In this document: positions 29,233 to 37,951 of the stretch, piece after piece
How the letters are laid out: every line of letters begins with the position of its first letter
Position numbering within the stretch: the first letter of the stretch is position 1
Assembly (NCBI GenBank): GCA_035464675.1
Contig: DATHSA010000066.1
Span: 1,323 to 65,322, forward strand
Reading direction: 5' to 3'
Origin: Acidimicrobiia bacterium
GTDB lineage: Bacteria; Actinomycetota; Acidimicrobiia; Spongiisociales; UBA11373
Length of the DNA stretch: 64,000 nt
Position numbers and translations under genes: made by a program
The notes under the pieces: model-generated
What the model was told of the DNA's origin: nothing
Database searches by the model: none
What the model saw: only the letters and a program-made list of their open reading frames with translations

Positions 29233-31850
29233 AGCTCCATCGCCCCGCGAACCGCACCCTCGTCGATGGCCGTGTGCCCCCGACGGCGGTGCCACCGATC
29301 CCAGAGCACCAGCATGCTCGGCAGGACCAGCACCGCGCCGATCAGGGCCAGGAAGATCGTGTAGGCCGTCACCAGGCCGAGCTGCTGGAACGGCACCAGC
29401 GAGGCCGTCATCAGGATTCCGAATCCGGCGATCGTCGTGAATGCCGAACCGGCGAGAGCGCCTCCGGTGTTGGTCGTGGTCGAGCGCACCGCCTCCTCGG
29501 GCGAGGCACACCGGATTCGATCCTCCTGGTAGCGATGGGTGATGTGGATCATGTACGGAACTCCGATGCCGATGGCAAGCGCAGACACGGTCGCAGTCAC
29601 CGGTCCGAATGCGAGGCCGAACACCGGGAACAACCCGAAGGCCCACAACATGACCAGGGCCACGGGGGCGATCGTGATGATCCCGAGGAACGGACGCTTC
29701 GACTCGATCCAGAAGTTGATGACCAGCAGCAGCGCTGCTGCAACGACCGCGATGACCAGCGACGACAGCTGCGAGTCGCTCATCGACTGCACCACGACGT
29801 TGGCGATGATGTAGTCGGAGGTCGGCACGGCCTGGGCGCCCGACTCGGCGACCGGCGCAAATGCCTCCCGGATGTCGGCGGCGAGGGCGCCGGCCGCCGG
29901 TTCGCCCGCCTGCGTCGTGATGCTCACCAACAGGGCGTCGTACCCGGCGTCCGAGCGATGGATGAGGCGCGAAGCCTCCGCCGGAGCGATGGCGAACAGC
30001 GCCCCGTAGAGGGCGTCGACATCGGCCGTGGGAGACACGGTTCCATCCGCCGAGAACCCGGCAGACGCGGCGATCTGGGCGAATTGCGGTTCGAATCGCG
30101 CGCTTGCCGGGTCGGCGAACGCGGCAATGAGAGAGATCGATGACTCGGCGGCGGCGAACTCCCCGTATGTGACGACGTTGGGCACGCCGCGGAGGTTGCC
30201 GAGCGACTGCGCCATCGCGTTGTGGACCTCTGGCGTGCCGACGTCACCGTTGGTGATCAAGACGTCGGTGGTCTCACCGAACCCGCCGGCGAAGTCGGTC
30301 GTCAGCGTGTCGAACGTCTCGAGCAGCGGGTTCGGGCGCGGCACGAAGTCGGTCACCGAGAACTCCGTCTTCAGCTTGGTGACACCGAAGGCGCCCACGG
30401 CGCCCAGGAGGAGGGCCACCATGACCACCGGCACGGCCGCCTTCTCGGCCAGGATCGACGTCCTGCCGATCAGCCTGGGAAGGGCTCGTTCCTTGGTGGC
30501 GCCGAGGCTCTCGCGGGGAAGACGATCGGCCCTCTCCGCCCGGCGATCGAGCAGCACCCGGAACGCGGCGACGAACGACATCATGATCAAGAACGAGGAG
30601 ACGATCCCGACCGCCGCCAGGATGCCGAAGTCCCTGAGGGCCGGGATCGGGCTCACCAGATTCGTGAGGAAGCCGACCGCCGTCGTCACCGTCGCCAGGA
30701 CGAGGGCGATCCCCACCGTGTGGATCGCCTTGTTCATCGAGTGGTCGACCGCGTCGCCACCACCTGCCTCTTCGCGATAGCGAGTCGTCAGATGGATGGC
30801 GTAGTCGACGCCGAGACCGATGAGAAGGATCGGAACGATCTGGTTCATCGGCCCGAAGTCGTCGATCCAGCCCAGGTACTTGGGCCCGAAGAGCACCCCG
30901 ATCCCCTGCATCCAGGTGATGGCCATGAAGATCGCCGCCATGGTGAGGAGGGTGTCGGCGCCGGTGCGGCGAATCCTCGCCCAGCGAGTGCCGTCACGGC
31001 TGGGGCGAACCCAGTACACGAAGAGCAGGATGATCACGATGATCCCGGCCGCCATGCCGAACAGCCGACCCACCTCCGCCTCGAACTCGTCTCCGCTGGC
31101 AAAGATCAACTCGAAGGAGAACGGCTCGGCCGTGTAGCCGGCGGGGACGGTGGCGGCACGGATCTGGTCCGCCACGGCCTCTTCGACCTCCAGGAAGTCC
31201 TCGTACTCGTTGGCGGGATCGAATGCGGGAGTGTTCGTGCTGTCGTCGAACCGCGGCGCAGAGATGAAGACGAGCACCAGGCCCCTCGATGCCGAAGGAG
31301 CGGCGAGATCCTTGTCCCCGGACAGCAGCTGCTCGGCGACACCGGCGGCCTCCGGCGGCAGGCTCGGAAGGATCGACGTGTACGCCGCCTTCAACTCGGC
31401 GTCGCTGGTCGGCACCTCGATCTCACCCAGGGCGATCGCCTGTTGGATCGGCAACATGTACGAGATGACTGCCGGCTCGCCGGGACGCGACTGGAGGAGC
31501 GGGGCGAGGTCGCTCTGCTCCAGGATCCCGGTCACGGTCTCGATCACGGCGAGGCCGTCGAGGTCCACCACGTCGCCGTCCTCCGCCGATACCAGCACCT
31601 GGAGCACGGAAGAGGAGGACTCGTCGCCAAAGAGCGTCTGGATCTCCTCGGAAGCGATCAACTCTTCGGCCTCCGGGGCGAAACCCTCGTTTCCGTCGGT
31701 CAGAACGACCTGGCCGGAGAGGTAGCCGAGCACGCCGGTGACGACCAACATCGAAATGAACACTGCGAGGGGCCGACGCACGACCAGACGTGCCAGGCCT
31801 CCGATGACCGTCTTCAACGCCCCAACCTCCTGTGCCGCACGACGCCGCAT
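29229..31850 (-). CDS. MMPL/RND-superfamily membrane transporter
   Basis: 873 aa with two hydrophobic 6-TM-like bundles, each preceded by a large soluble loop. MMPL-like motifs (GVDYAIHL, GIGVPYMIHITHRY). Confidence 0.88.
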   Translation of the reverse strand: MRRRAAQEVGALKTVIGGLARLVVRRPLAVFISMLVVTGVLGYLSGQVVLTDGNEGFAPEAEELIASEEIQTLFGDESSSSVLQVLVSAEDGDVVDLDGLAVIETVTGILEQSDLAPLLQSRPGEPAVISYMLPIQQAIALGEIEVPTSDAELKAAYTSILPSLPPEAAGVAEQLLSGDKDLAAPSASRGLVLVFISAPRFDDSTNTPAFDPANEYEDFLEVEEAVADQIRAATVPAGYTAEPFSFELIFASGDEFEAEVGRLFGMAAGIIVIILLFVYWVRPSRDGTRWARIRRTGADTLLTMAAIFMAITWMQGIGVLFGPKYLGWIDDFGPMNQIVPILLIGLGVDYAIHLTTRYREEAGGGDAVDHSMNKAIHTVGIALVLATVTTAVGFLTNLVSPIPALRDFGILAAVGIVSSFLIMMSFVAAFRVLLDRRAERADRLPRESLGATKERALPRLIGRTSILAEKAAVPVVMVALLLGAVGAFGVTKLKTEFSVTDFVPRPNPLLETFDTLTTDFAGGFGETTDVLITNGDVGTPEVHNAMAQSLGNLRGVPNVVTYGEFAAAESSISLIAAFADPASARFEPQFAQIAASAGFSADGTVSPTADVDALYGALFAIAPAEASRLIHRSDAGYDALLVSITTQAGEPAAGALAADIREAFAPVAESGAQAVPTSDYIIANVVVQSMSDSQLSSLVIAVVAAALLLVINFWIESKRPFLGIITIAPVALVMLWAFGLFPVFGLAFGPVTATVSALAIGIGVPYMIHITHRYQEDRIRCASPEEAVRSTTTNTGGALAGSAFTTIAGFGILMTASLVPFQQLGLVTAYTIFLALIGAVLVLPSMLVLWDRWHRRRGHTAIDEGAVRGAMEL

Positions 31851-31926
31851 CGCAGGCTACGACGAGTCGACATGGCGTCCAAAAACCACGAGCCCCGCGG
31901 AAGCAGGCCTATGGACCGGCGAATTC

Positions 31927-32355
31927 TCACGCGCTCGGATCGTCGAAGTGGATGAGCACCCCGTCCTGGACCGATCCGAGGATTCCGTACGGCTCGTCGG
32001 TCCACTTGACGGTGGCAAGCCCGCTGCCTGGCGGCGCCATCTCGAGCGCCATGCCCTCCGTCGAGAACCCCTCGACCACGATCGTGGCTCCGCCCGGCTG
32101 GGGTGGGTACGACTCGAGGATGGCGTCGGCGAGTACGACGGACCCGTCCTCGAGGACGAACAAGTAGGCCTCGACGAGCACCAGGTCGGTCGGGTCCGCC
32201 AGGAGGGCCTGCTCGACCGAGATGGGATCACCCGAGATCGGATCACCGACACGGACGCCACGTGGAGCGATCGTCGTGTCGGGGGGCATGGTTGTGGTCA
32301 GCTCATCCGCCGAGGCGTCGCCGCACGCGGCGAGGAGAGCGGCTGCAGCCAACAT
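31927..32355 (-). CDS. Putative lipoprotein
   Basis: Short signal peptide with lipobox LLAAC-G. 142 aa, downstream of the MMPL gene on the same strand. Confidence 0.55.
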   Translation of the reverse strand: MLAAAALLAACGDASADELTTTMPPDTTIAPRGVRVGDPISGDPISVEQALLADPTDLVLVEAYLFVLEDGSVVLADAILESYPPQPGGATIVVEGFSTEGMALEMAPPGSGLATVKWTDEPYGILGSVQDGVLIHFDDPSA

Positions 32356-32446
32356 TGTCCAGTTTCTTCTTCACCTGGTGTCTCCTTGTCGCCCGCTTTG
32401 ATGAAAGCGGGCGCCGACCGGTTCCCGCGCGAGGACCCCGCAATTG

Positions 32447-32480
32447 GCGATTCGCAATTCGCTACACGACGGACGGGCCA
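32447..32480. repeat. AT-richer heptamer array related to 19715-19745
   Basis: GGCGATTCGCAATTCGCTACACGACGGACGGG resembles CGCGATTCGCCATACGCGATAGACGGACGCG at 19720-19750. Confidence 0.6.
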
Positions 32481-32510
32481 ACGCGTCCCGCCCCGACCGC
32501 AAGTCTCTTG

Positions 32511-32573
32511 CGGGCGACGGGCGACGGGCGACGGGCGACGGGCGACGGGCGACGGGCGACGGGCGACGGGCGA
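32511..32573. repeat. Perfect 9 x 7-nt tandem repeat (CGGGCGA)9
   Basis: Counted directly: nine identical units. It ends 2 nt before the thrS stop (cta at 32576-32578) and lies ~155 nt upstream of the lipoprotein gene start (32355). Confidence 0.97.
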
Positions 32574-32575
32574 CG

Positions 32576-34501
32576 CTACCGCGGCGCCTTGCACAGCGCC
32601 GTCAACTCCCCGGCGGCTTCGGACAACGGCACGCCGCGTCGTTCCTCCTCGCCGCGGAGACGGACCCCGACTGTCGCCGCCTCGACATCGTCGTCTCCGA
32701 CCACGAGGACGGCCGGATGCTTGTCGGTGATGGCGCGGCGTACCTTCTCCCCCACCGTCTCGTCGGAGAGATCCACTTCGACACGCAGCCCGGAGTTGCG
32801 GAGGCCGGCGGCCACCTCGTTGGCGTACTCGGCATGCCGGTCGGCCACGGGGACGACGGTGGCCTGCACCGGTGAGAGCCAGCCAGGCAGCGCGCCCGCA
32901 TGGTGTTCGAGCAATACGGCGAAGAAGCGCTCGATCGACCCCATGAGCGCTCGGTGGATCATCACGGGGCGCTCGCGGACGTTGTCCGCCGAGGTGAAGT
33001 CGAGGTCGAAGTTCTCGGGCTGACCGAAGTCGACTTGAAGCGTTCCCATCTGCCAGCGGCGGCCGATCGCATCCTTGATGTGGATGTCGATCTTGGGGCC
33101 GTAGAAGGCCCCTTCGCCCTCGGCGACCTGGTAGGGAAGCCCGGCGGCCTCGAGGGCCTCGCGGAGGGCCTCGGTGGCCTTGACCCACATCTCGTCACTT
33201 CCGACGTACTTCTCGGGCTTGGTGGAGAGATCGGCGTCGAACTCCGTGAAGCCGAAGTCGCGGTCGACCATCAACACGAAGTCGAGGAGGGTCTGGAGCT
33301 CCTCGCCGATCTTGTCCTCAGTGGTGAAGATGTGGGCGTCGTCCTGGGTGAACCCCCGGGCGCGGAGCAGACCCTGGACCACGCCAGACCGCTCGTACCG
33401 GTAGACGGTCCCCAGTTCGAAGAGCCGCATCGGAAGCTCCCGGTATGACCGCGGCCGCGACTGGTAGATGAGGATGTGCCCGGGGCAGTTCATCGGCTTG
33501 AGCATGTATCGCTCGCCCTCGTCGACCTCGAGCGGCGGGTACATCGCATCCGCGTAGAAGTCGACATGCTTGGAGATCTCCCATAGATGCCGACGCGCGA
33601 TGTGGGGCGTCGCCACGATCTGATACCCGTGGCTCAGATGGGTGCGCCGCGAGTAGTCCTCCATGATCGTGCGGACCAGCGCCCCCTTCGGGTGCCACAC
33701 CGCCAGGCCGCTGCCGAGCTCCTCCGGGAAGGAGAACAGATCGAGTTCGAGCCCCAGCTTGCGGTGATCACGCTTGCGGGCCTCCTCGAGGCGATTGAGG
33801 TAGTCGTCGAGCGCCTCCCGGCTCTCCCAGGCGGTCCCGTAGATTCGCTGCAGCTGCGGGTTGTTCTCATCGCCACGCCAGTAGGCGCCCGCGGTACGGA
33901 GGAGCTTGAAGGCGGGCAATCGCCCCGTCGAGGGCAGATGCGGGCCCCGGCACAGGTCGACGAAGCCGTTGTTTCGGTAGACCGACACCACCTCGCCGCC
34001 GGCTCCCTCCTCCTCGTCGACCGACTGGATGATCTCGGTCTTGAACCGATGTTCGGAGAACTCGGCGAGCGCCTCCTCCTTGGTGAGCTCATCGCGCACG
34101 AAGGGCTGATCGATGGCGACGAGCTCTGCCATGCGCGCCTCGATCCGTTCCAGGTCTTCGGGAGTGAACGGGTCGTCGACGCCGAAGTCGTAGTAGAAGC
34201 CATCCTCGATCGGTGGGCCGATCGCAAAGGTGGCTCCCGGGAAGAGGTCGAGGACCGCCTGGGCCATGATGTGCGCCGCCGAGTGCCGGAGAATGTGGCG
34301 TCCCTCCTCGGTGGAAGCGGTGATCACCTGGAGGCTCCCCGCCTCCGGAAGCGGCCGCGACAGATCCCGGACCTCGTCGTCGACCTTGACCGCGACCGCC
34401 GCCTCGGCCAGGCGCGGCCCGATCGCCCGGGCGGCGTCGAGCCCGGTGGCGCCATCCTCCAACTCGAGGACGGTCCCGTCGGGGAGATTCATCCTGGGCA
34501 T
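32576..34501 (-). CDS. thrS: Threonine--tRNA ligase
   Basis: TGS N-terminus, editing-domain HSAAHIMAQAV, HRDHRKLG, RGFTQDDAHIF, GPKIDIH, anticodon-binding C-terminus. Confidence 0.96.
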   Translation of the reverse strand: MPRMNLPDGTVLELEDGATGLDAARAIGPRLAEAAVAVKVDDEVRDLSRPLPEAGSLQVITASTEEGRHILRHSAAHIMAQAVLDLFPGATFAIGPPIEDGFYYDFGVDDPFTPEDLERIEARMAELVAIDQPFVRDELTKEEALAEFSEHRFKTEIIQSVDEEEGAGGEVVSVYRNNGFVDLCRGPHLPSTGRLPAFKLLRTAGAYWRGDENNPQLQRIYGTAWESREALDDYLNRLEEARKRDHRKLGLELDLFSFPEELGSGLAVWHPKGALVRTIMEDYSRRTHLSHGYQIVATPHIARRHLWEISKHVDFYADAMYPPLEVDEGERYMLKPMNCPGHILIYQSRPRSYRELPMRLFELGTVYRYERSGVVQGLLRARGFTQDDAHIFTTEDKIGEELQTLLDFVLMVDRDFGFTEFDADLSTKPEKYVGSDEMWVKATEALREALEAAGLPYQVAEGEGAFYGPKIDIHIKDAIGRRWQMGTLQVDFGQPENFDLDFTSADNVRERPVMIHRALMGSIERFFAVLLEHHAGALPGWLSPVQATVVPVADRHAEYANEVAAGLRNSGLRVEVDLSDETVGEKVRRAITDKHPAVLVVGDDDVEAATVGVRLRGEEERRGVPLSEAAGELTALCKAPR

Positions 34502-34520
34502 GGGGCGGACAGGGTAGATC

Positions 34521-34548
34521 GTTGCCCGTTGCCCGTTGCCCGTTACCC
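34521..34548. repeat. Heptamer array (GTTGCCC)3 GTTACCC in the thrS 5' leader
   Basis: Read directly. Starts 20 nt upstream of the thrS ATG (34501). On the thrS sense strand it reads GGGTAAC (GGGCAAC)3. Confidence 0.9.
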
Positions 34549-34650
34549 GCCGGACGACTCCTGTCTCCCATCACCCGTCGCCGATTGAGCCTCCTGCCTC
34601 GCGGTCATGGTGGGCATCGACGAGACCGCCGGGGCGGGTATGCCCCTCAG

Positions 34651-34685
34651 GCTGGTTGCTGGCCCCTGGTTGCTGGTTGCTCTCC
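34651..34685. repeat. Heptamer array GCTGGTT GCTGGCC CCTGGTT GCTGGTT GCTCTCC
   Basis: Read directly. Same unit type as the array at 34-68. Confidence 0.8.
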
Positions 34686-35020
34686 CTCTGCCACGGCACG
34701 CAGGCGACATCCGCGTGCGGGCCCTGAGAAGCCTCGATGGCTCGTGAGGCAAAACCGGCAACCGCGTCGCCGACCCGCGGAAGACTTCCACGTGATGTTG
34801 CTGCCGAACACCTCTCCCCAGCCGGCGTGGAGCCACTCCCAGCCGAGCCAGATCCGGGCAGTGAGCCACAGTCAGGCGGTCTTGCTGGATCCGAAGAGCC
34901 ATCTCGCAAAGAGTGGTTCTTCGACCTGAACGACGGTCGGCCTCGCCACCTATCCCCTCCCGTGGGCCTTGTCCACCGACCCTGGGGATGACCTCGTCGC
35001 TCTCCCGCCGCGCGTGATGT

Positions 35021-35167
35021 TCAGCCGAACTGCCTGCCGCAGCCCGGGCAGGAGGTGTCGTCGGCGTAGGTATGCGATCGGCACCAGGGGCAGGGCAGGT
35101 CGGGATCGATCGGATCGTGGAGCAGCACGAGACGGAGTGACCGCTCGCGATTCTCGGAACGCGCCAT
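35021..35167 (-). CDS. Putative 48-aa zinc-ribbon microprotein
   Basis: MARSENRERSLRLVLLHDPIDPDLPCPWCRSHTYADDTSCPGCGRQFG has two CxxC pairs. Strong SD (AGGAG) 9 nt upstream of the ATG at 35167. Confidence 0.5.
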   Translation of the reverse strand: MARSENRERSLRLVLLHDPIDPDLPCPWCRSHTYADDTSCPGCGRQFG

Positions 35168-35342
35168 GGTTGCTCTCTCCTCTCCCGCCCGAAGGGCGAG
35201 GCTAGGCAACGCCGCCGCGGCGACCAAGGATTTCGAGATACAGAGGGACACGCGTCCCCAGCGGGAGATGCGGGGACCTTCGGGCGGTCCGCGACGGGTC
35301 CGGCACGACGGCTGGCGGCCCCACCGATATCATCCCGGGTTC

Positions 35343-36338
35343 ATGTCACGCGTAGGCCTGGTACTCGGCGGCGGCGGAGTGACCGGCGGCGCCTTCCACG
35401 TGGGTGCCCTGTTCTCGCTCCGCATGGCCACCGAATGGGACCCCGGAGACGCCGACGTCATTGTCGGCACGTCGTCGGGGGCGGTCATCGGCGCCCTGGC
35501 CCGCACCGGGCATCTCGAATTGGAGTCGATCGTCGGAGACGTGAAGGGCGCCCCCCAGCTCGCCCGACTCCTCGACAAGATCATCTACCGCCGCGGCCGG
35601 CCAACGGGTGTCGGGCGCTGGGTCCGCCACGGGATCCTCCCCGGTCTCCGCAAGCCGGGGATCAGGCTGGCGTTGGGCTGCCCGGCGCCCTACACGACCT
35701 CCGGCGTCCAGTCGTGGCTCGAACGGGCGATGGGCGAGGATGCCGACACCTGGCCGGACCGGCCGACCACGATCGTCGGCTACCAGCTCGAGGGCAAGCA
35801 CCGGGTCGCGTTCGGCACCGATGACAGCCCGGACGCCTCGCTGGCCAGGGCAGTGGCCGCGTCCGCTGCGGTTCCGATGCTCTTTGCCCCGGTGGAGATC
35901 GACGGCTTCCACTACGTGGACGGAGGCGTGGCGAGCGGCACGAACGCCGACCTGGTGCTCGGTTCTCCAGAGCCGCTCGACCTCGTGATCGTGAGCGCTC
36001 CGATGGCTTCGGTCGAGAAGCGACCCGATGCCAGGTTCTATGAGGGAGTCGTGGACCGCCTTGGCGGGTCGGCCCTCACCGCCGAGCTCGATGCCATACG
36101 TCGGGCCTGGCCCGACACCGAGATCATCGTTCTCCGACCGGACAGGCACGTCCTGGCTGAGACCCGGCCCAACCCTCTCGACACGTCCGCCGCGTTGCCC
36201 GCATTCCTCAGGACCCTGAGATCGATGCGCCGCACCCTCGGCTCGCCCGAAGTCTGGCCGGTGCTGGAACGCCACCTGGTGACCCGCAAGAAGCAGTCAC
36301 TCTGGGACCGAATGCAGGGGCGAGTCGCGGCGCGATGA
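35343..36338 (+). CDS. Patatin-like phospholipase
   Basis: Oxyanion GGGGVTGG, nucleophile elbow GTSSG (GxSxG), catalytic Asp in YVDGGV. ATG at 35343; the upstream ORF extension overlaps the divergent microprotein. Confidence 0.85.
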   Translation: MSRVGLVLGGGGVTGGAFHVGALFSLRMATEWDPGDADVIVGTSSGAVIGALARTGHLELESIVGDVKGAPQLARLLDKIIYRRGRPTGVGRWVRHGILPGLRKPGIRLALGCPAPYTTSGVQSWLERAMGEDADTWPDRPTTIVGYQLEGKHRVAFGTDDSPDASLARAVAASAAVPMLFAPVEIDGFHYVDGGVASGTNADLVLGSPEPLDLVIVSAPMASVEKRPDARFYEGVVDRLGGSALTAELDAIRRAWPDTEIIVLRPDRHVLAETRPNPLDTSAALPAFLRTLRSMRRTLGSPEVWPVLERHLVTRKKQSLWDRMQGRVAAR

Positions 36339-36362
36339 GAGGCGACTCCCCGACGGGACACC

Positions 36363-37883
36363 TCAGACAACCGTGACGACCACCCGGTGGTGACCGGTGG
36401 CCCCATCGGGACGCGGTGGTTCCCTGTCCGCCGTCTGGACGTTCCCGACGCCGTCGATCACCCGCACCTCGATCGCCCGGTTTCCGGCGGTCAGCTGGGG
36501 ACGGGCCCGCCACTGAGTCCAGGCTTTCGATGACAATGGAGTGGCCACCTCGGCCGTCATCCACTCCCCGTCGTCGACCCGGATCTCGACCGAGTCGACG
36601 CCTTCCAGCGGGGCCCAGGCCACGCCCGCCACGTCGACGGTGCCGGCAACGACCTCCGCCCGGGGTCTGGGGACGTCGATGCGGGAGTGCATCTTGATCG
36701 GGCCCTCCTTGGCCCATCCCCGGGGCACCCAGTAGGCGTCGAAGGCCTCCCACGTCGTCAGTTCGATGTCGGAGAGCCACTTCGTCGCGGACACATAGCC
36801 GTAGAGCCCGGGAACGATGATCCGGGCCGGGAACCCGTGGGCGAGGGGAAGCGGCTCGTCGTTCATCCCGATCGCCAGGATCGGCTCGCGGCCGTCGAAG
36901 GCCAACTCGGTCGGGAAACCGGCCGTCCAATCGTCCACCGAACGTCCGACGATCTGAGACGCACCCTGCCGGACGCCGGCTCGGTCGAGGAGCTCGGTAA
37001 GACGGACCCCGGTCCATTTCGCGTTGCCGACGAGGTCGCCCCCCACCCGGTTCGACACGCACGCGAGCGTGACGTACTGCTCCACGAGGTCCATCTCGAG
37101 CAGGTCGTCATATGTGAGCCTCACCTCTCTGTCCACCATCCCGTGGATTCGCATCGACCAGCTCTGCTCGTCGATCCTCGGCACCACGAGTGCGGTGTCG
37201 ATCCGGTAGAAGGTCTCGTTCGGCGTCACCAGAGGGCTGATGCCCGGCAGGTCGATGGAACTCCCGGGCGGCGGTGGCGGCACCGTCACGCCTGCCGCGG
37301 GAATGTCGATGACCGGTGATGCCGGGATGCGGGTCACCAGATAACGGCCGAAGCCACCCGCGACCACTGCGGCCGCTCCCCCGGCCGTCGCGAGCGCGAC
37401 GAATCGCCGTCGGCTCTGATCGGCGGGCACCCCGTCGGTGGGCTGTTCCCCTTCGCCGACTGCTCCGAGCAAGGTGTGCAACGTTCCCAATCCGGCGCCG
37501 GCAGCGATGAGGAGGGACGCGTAGACGAGCGGTGTCTCTGCGAAGGGCTGCCCGACACCGGCAGCGATCCCGACCGCGGCGAAGACGATGAACACCGCCG
37601 CACCCAGCCATGGCAGGGTCCGTGTGTACACACCCGTGAACCAGCCGATCACGAGGGCGAGAATGATCGTGCCGATCGCCAGGGCGAGTTTGTCGGCCGT
37701 GCCGAAGAGCGAGATGGCGAAGTCCTCGACCCATGACGGCGACTGGTCGACGACCCAGGACCCCACTGCGGCGACCGGCGAGGGGATCCCGTCGACGATC
37801 CCGGCGATCAACTCACCGACCCCGAGCGCGACACCGGCGGACACCGTGCCGGCGACGCCGGCTCTCGTGCTCGATGGGTTCAT
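36363..37883 (-). CDS. Membrane-anchored molybdopterin-dependent oxidoreductase (sulfite oxidase fold)
   Basis: N-terminal multi-TM region, then a SUOX-like Moco domain (TLACVSNRVGGDLVGNAKWTGVRLTELL, HGFPARIIVPGLYG) and an Ig-like C-terminal domain. Confidence 0.82.
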   Translation of the reverse strand: MNPSSTRAGVAGTVSAGVALGVGELIAGIVDGIPSPVAAVGSWVVDQSPSWVEDFAISLFGTADKLALAIGTIILALVIGWFTGVYTRTLPWLGAAVFIVFAAVGIAAGVGQPFAETPLVYASLLIAAGAGLGTLHTLLGAVGEGEQPTDGVPADQSRRRFVALATAGGAAAVVAGGFGRYLVTRIPASPVIDIPAAGVTVPPPPPGSSIDLPGISPLVTPNETFYRIDTALVVPRIDEQSWSMRIHGMVDREVRLTYDDLLEMDLVEQYVTLACVSNRVGGDLVGNAKWTGVRLTELLDRAGVRQGASQIVGRSVDDWTAGFPTELAFDGREPILAIGMNDEPLPLAHGFPARIIVPGLYGYVSATKWLSDIELTTWEAFDAYWVPRGWAKEGPIKMHSRIDVPRPRAEVVAGTVDVAGVAWAPLEGVDSVEIRVDDGEWMTAEVATPLSSKAWTQWRARPQLTAGNRAIEVRVIDGVGNVQTADREPPRPDGATGHHRVVVTVV

Positions 37884-37951
37884 GACTCTCCAACGCTCCC
37901 CGCCTCGGCCCCGGTTCCATCTCCGGACCCGGATGCGCGTCCCTCTACGAT

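Noticed and set aside
32511-32573. Possible CRISPR array or coding (GDGRRAT)n repeat protein
   Set aside because: The units are 7 nt with no spacers, so this is not CRISPR. The translated repeats sit in ORFs antisense to or outside genuine genes and lack starts or an RBS.
35343-36338. Patatin as a CBASS effector
   Set aside because: There is no CD-NTase/cyclase, no SAVED or other sensor, and no E1/E2/JAB accessory genes within several kb. Its neighbours are metabolic or membrane genes.
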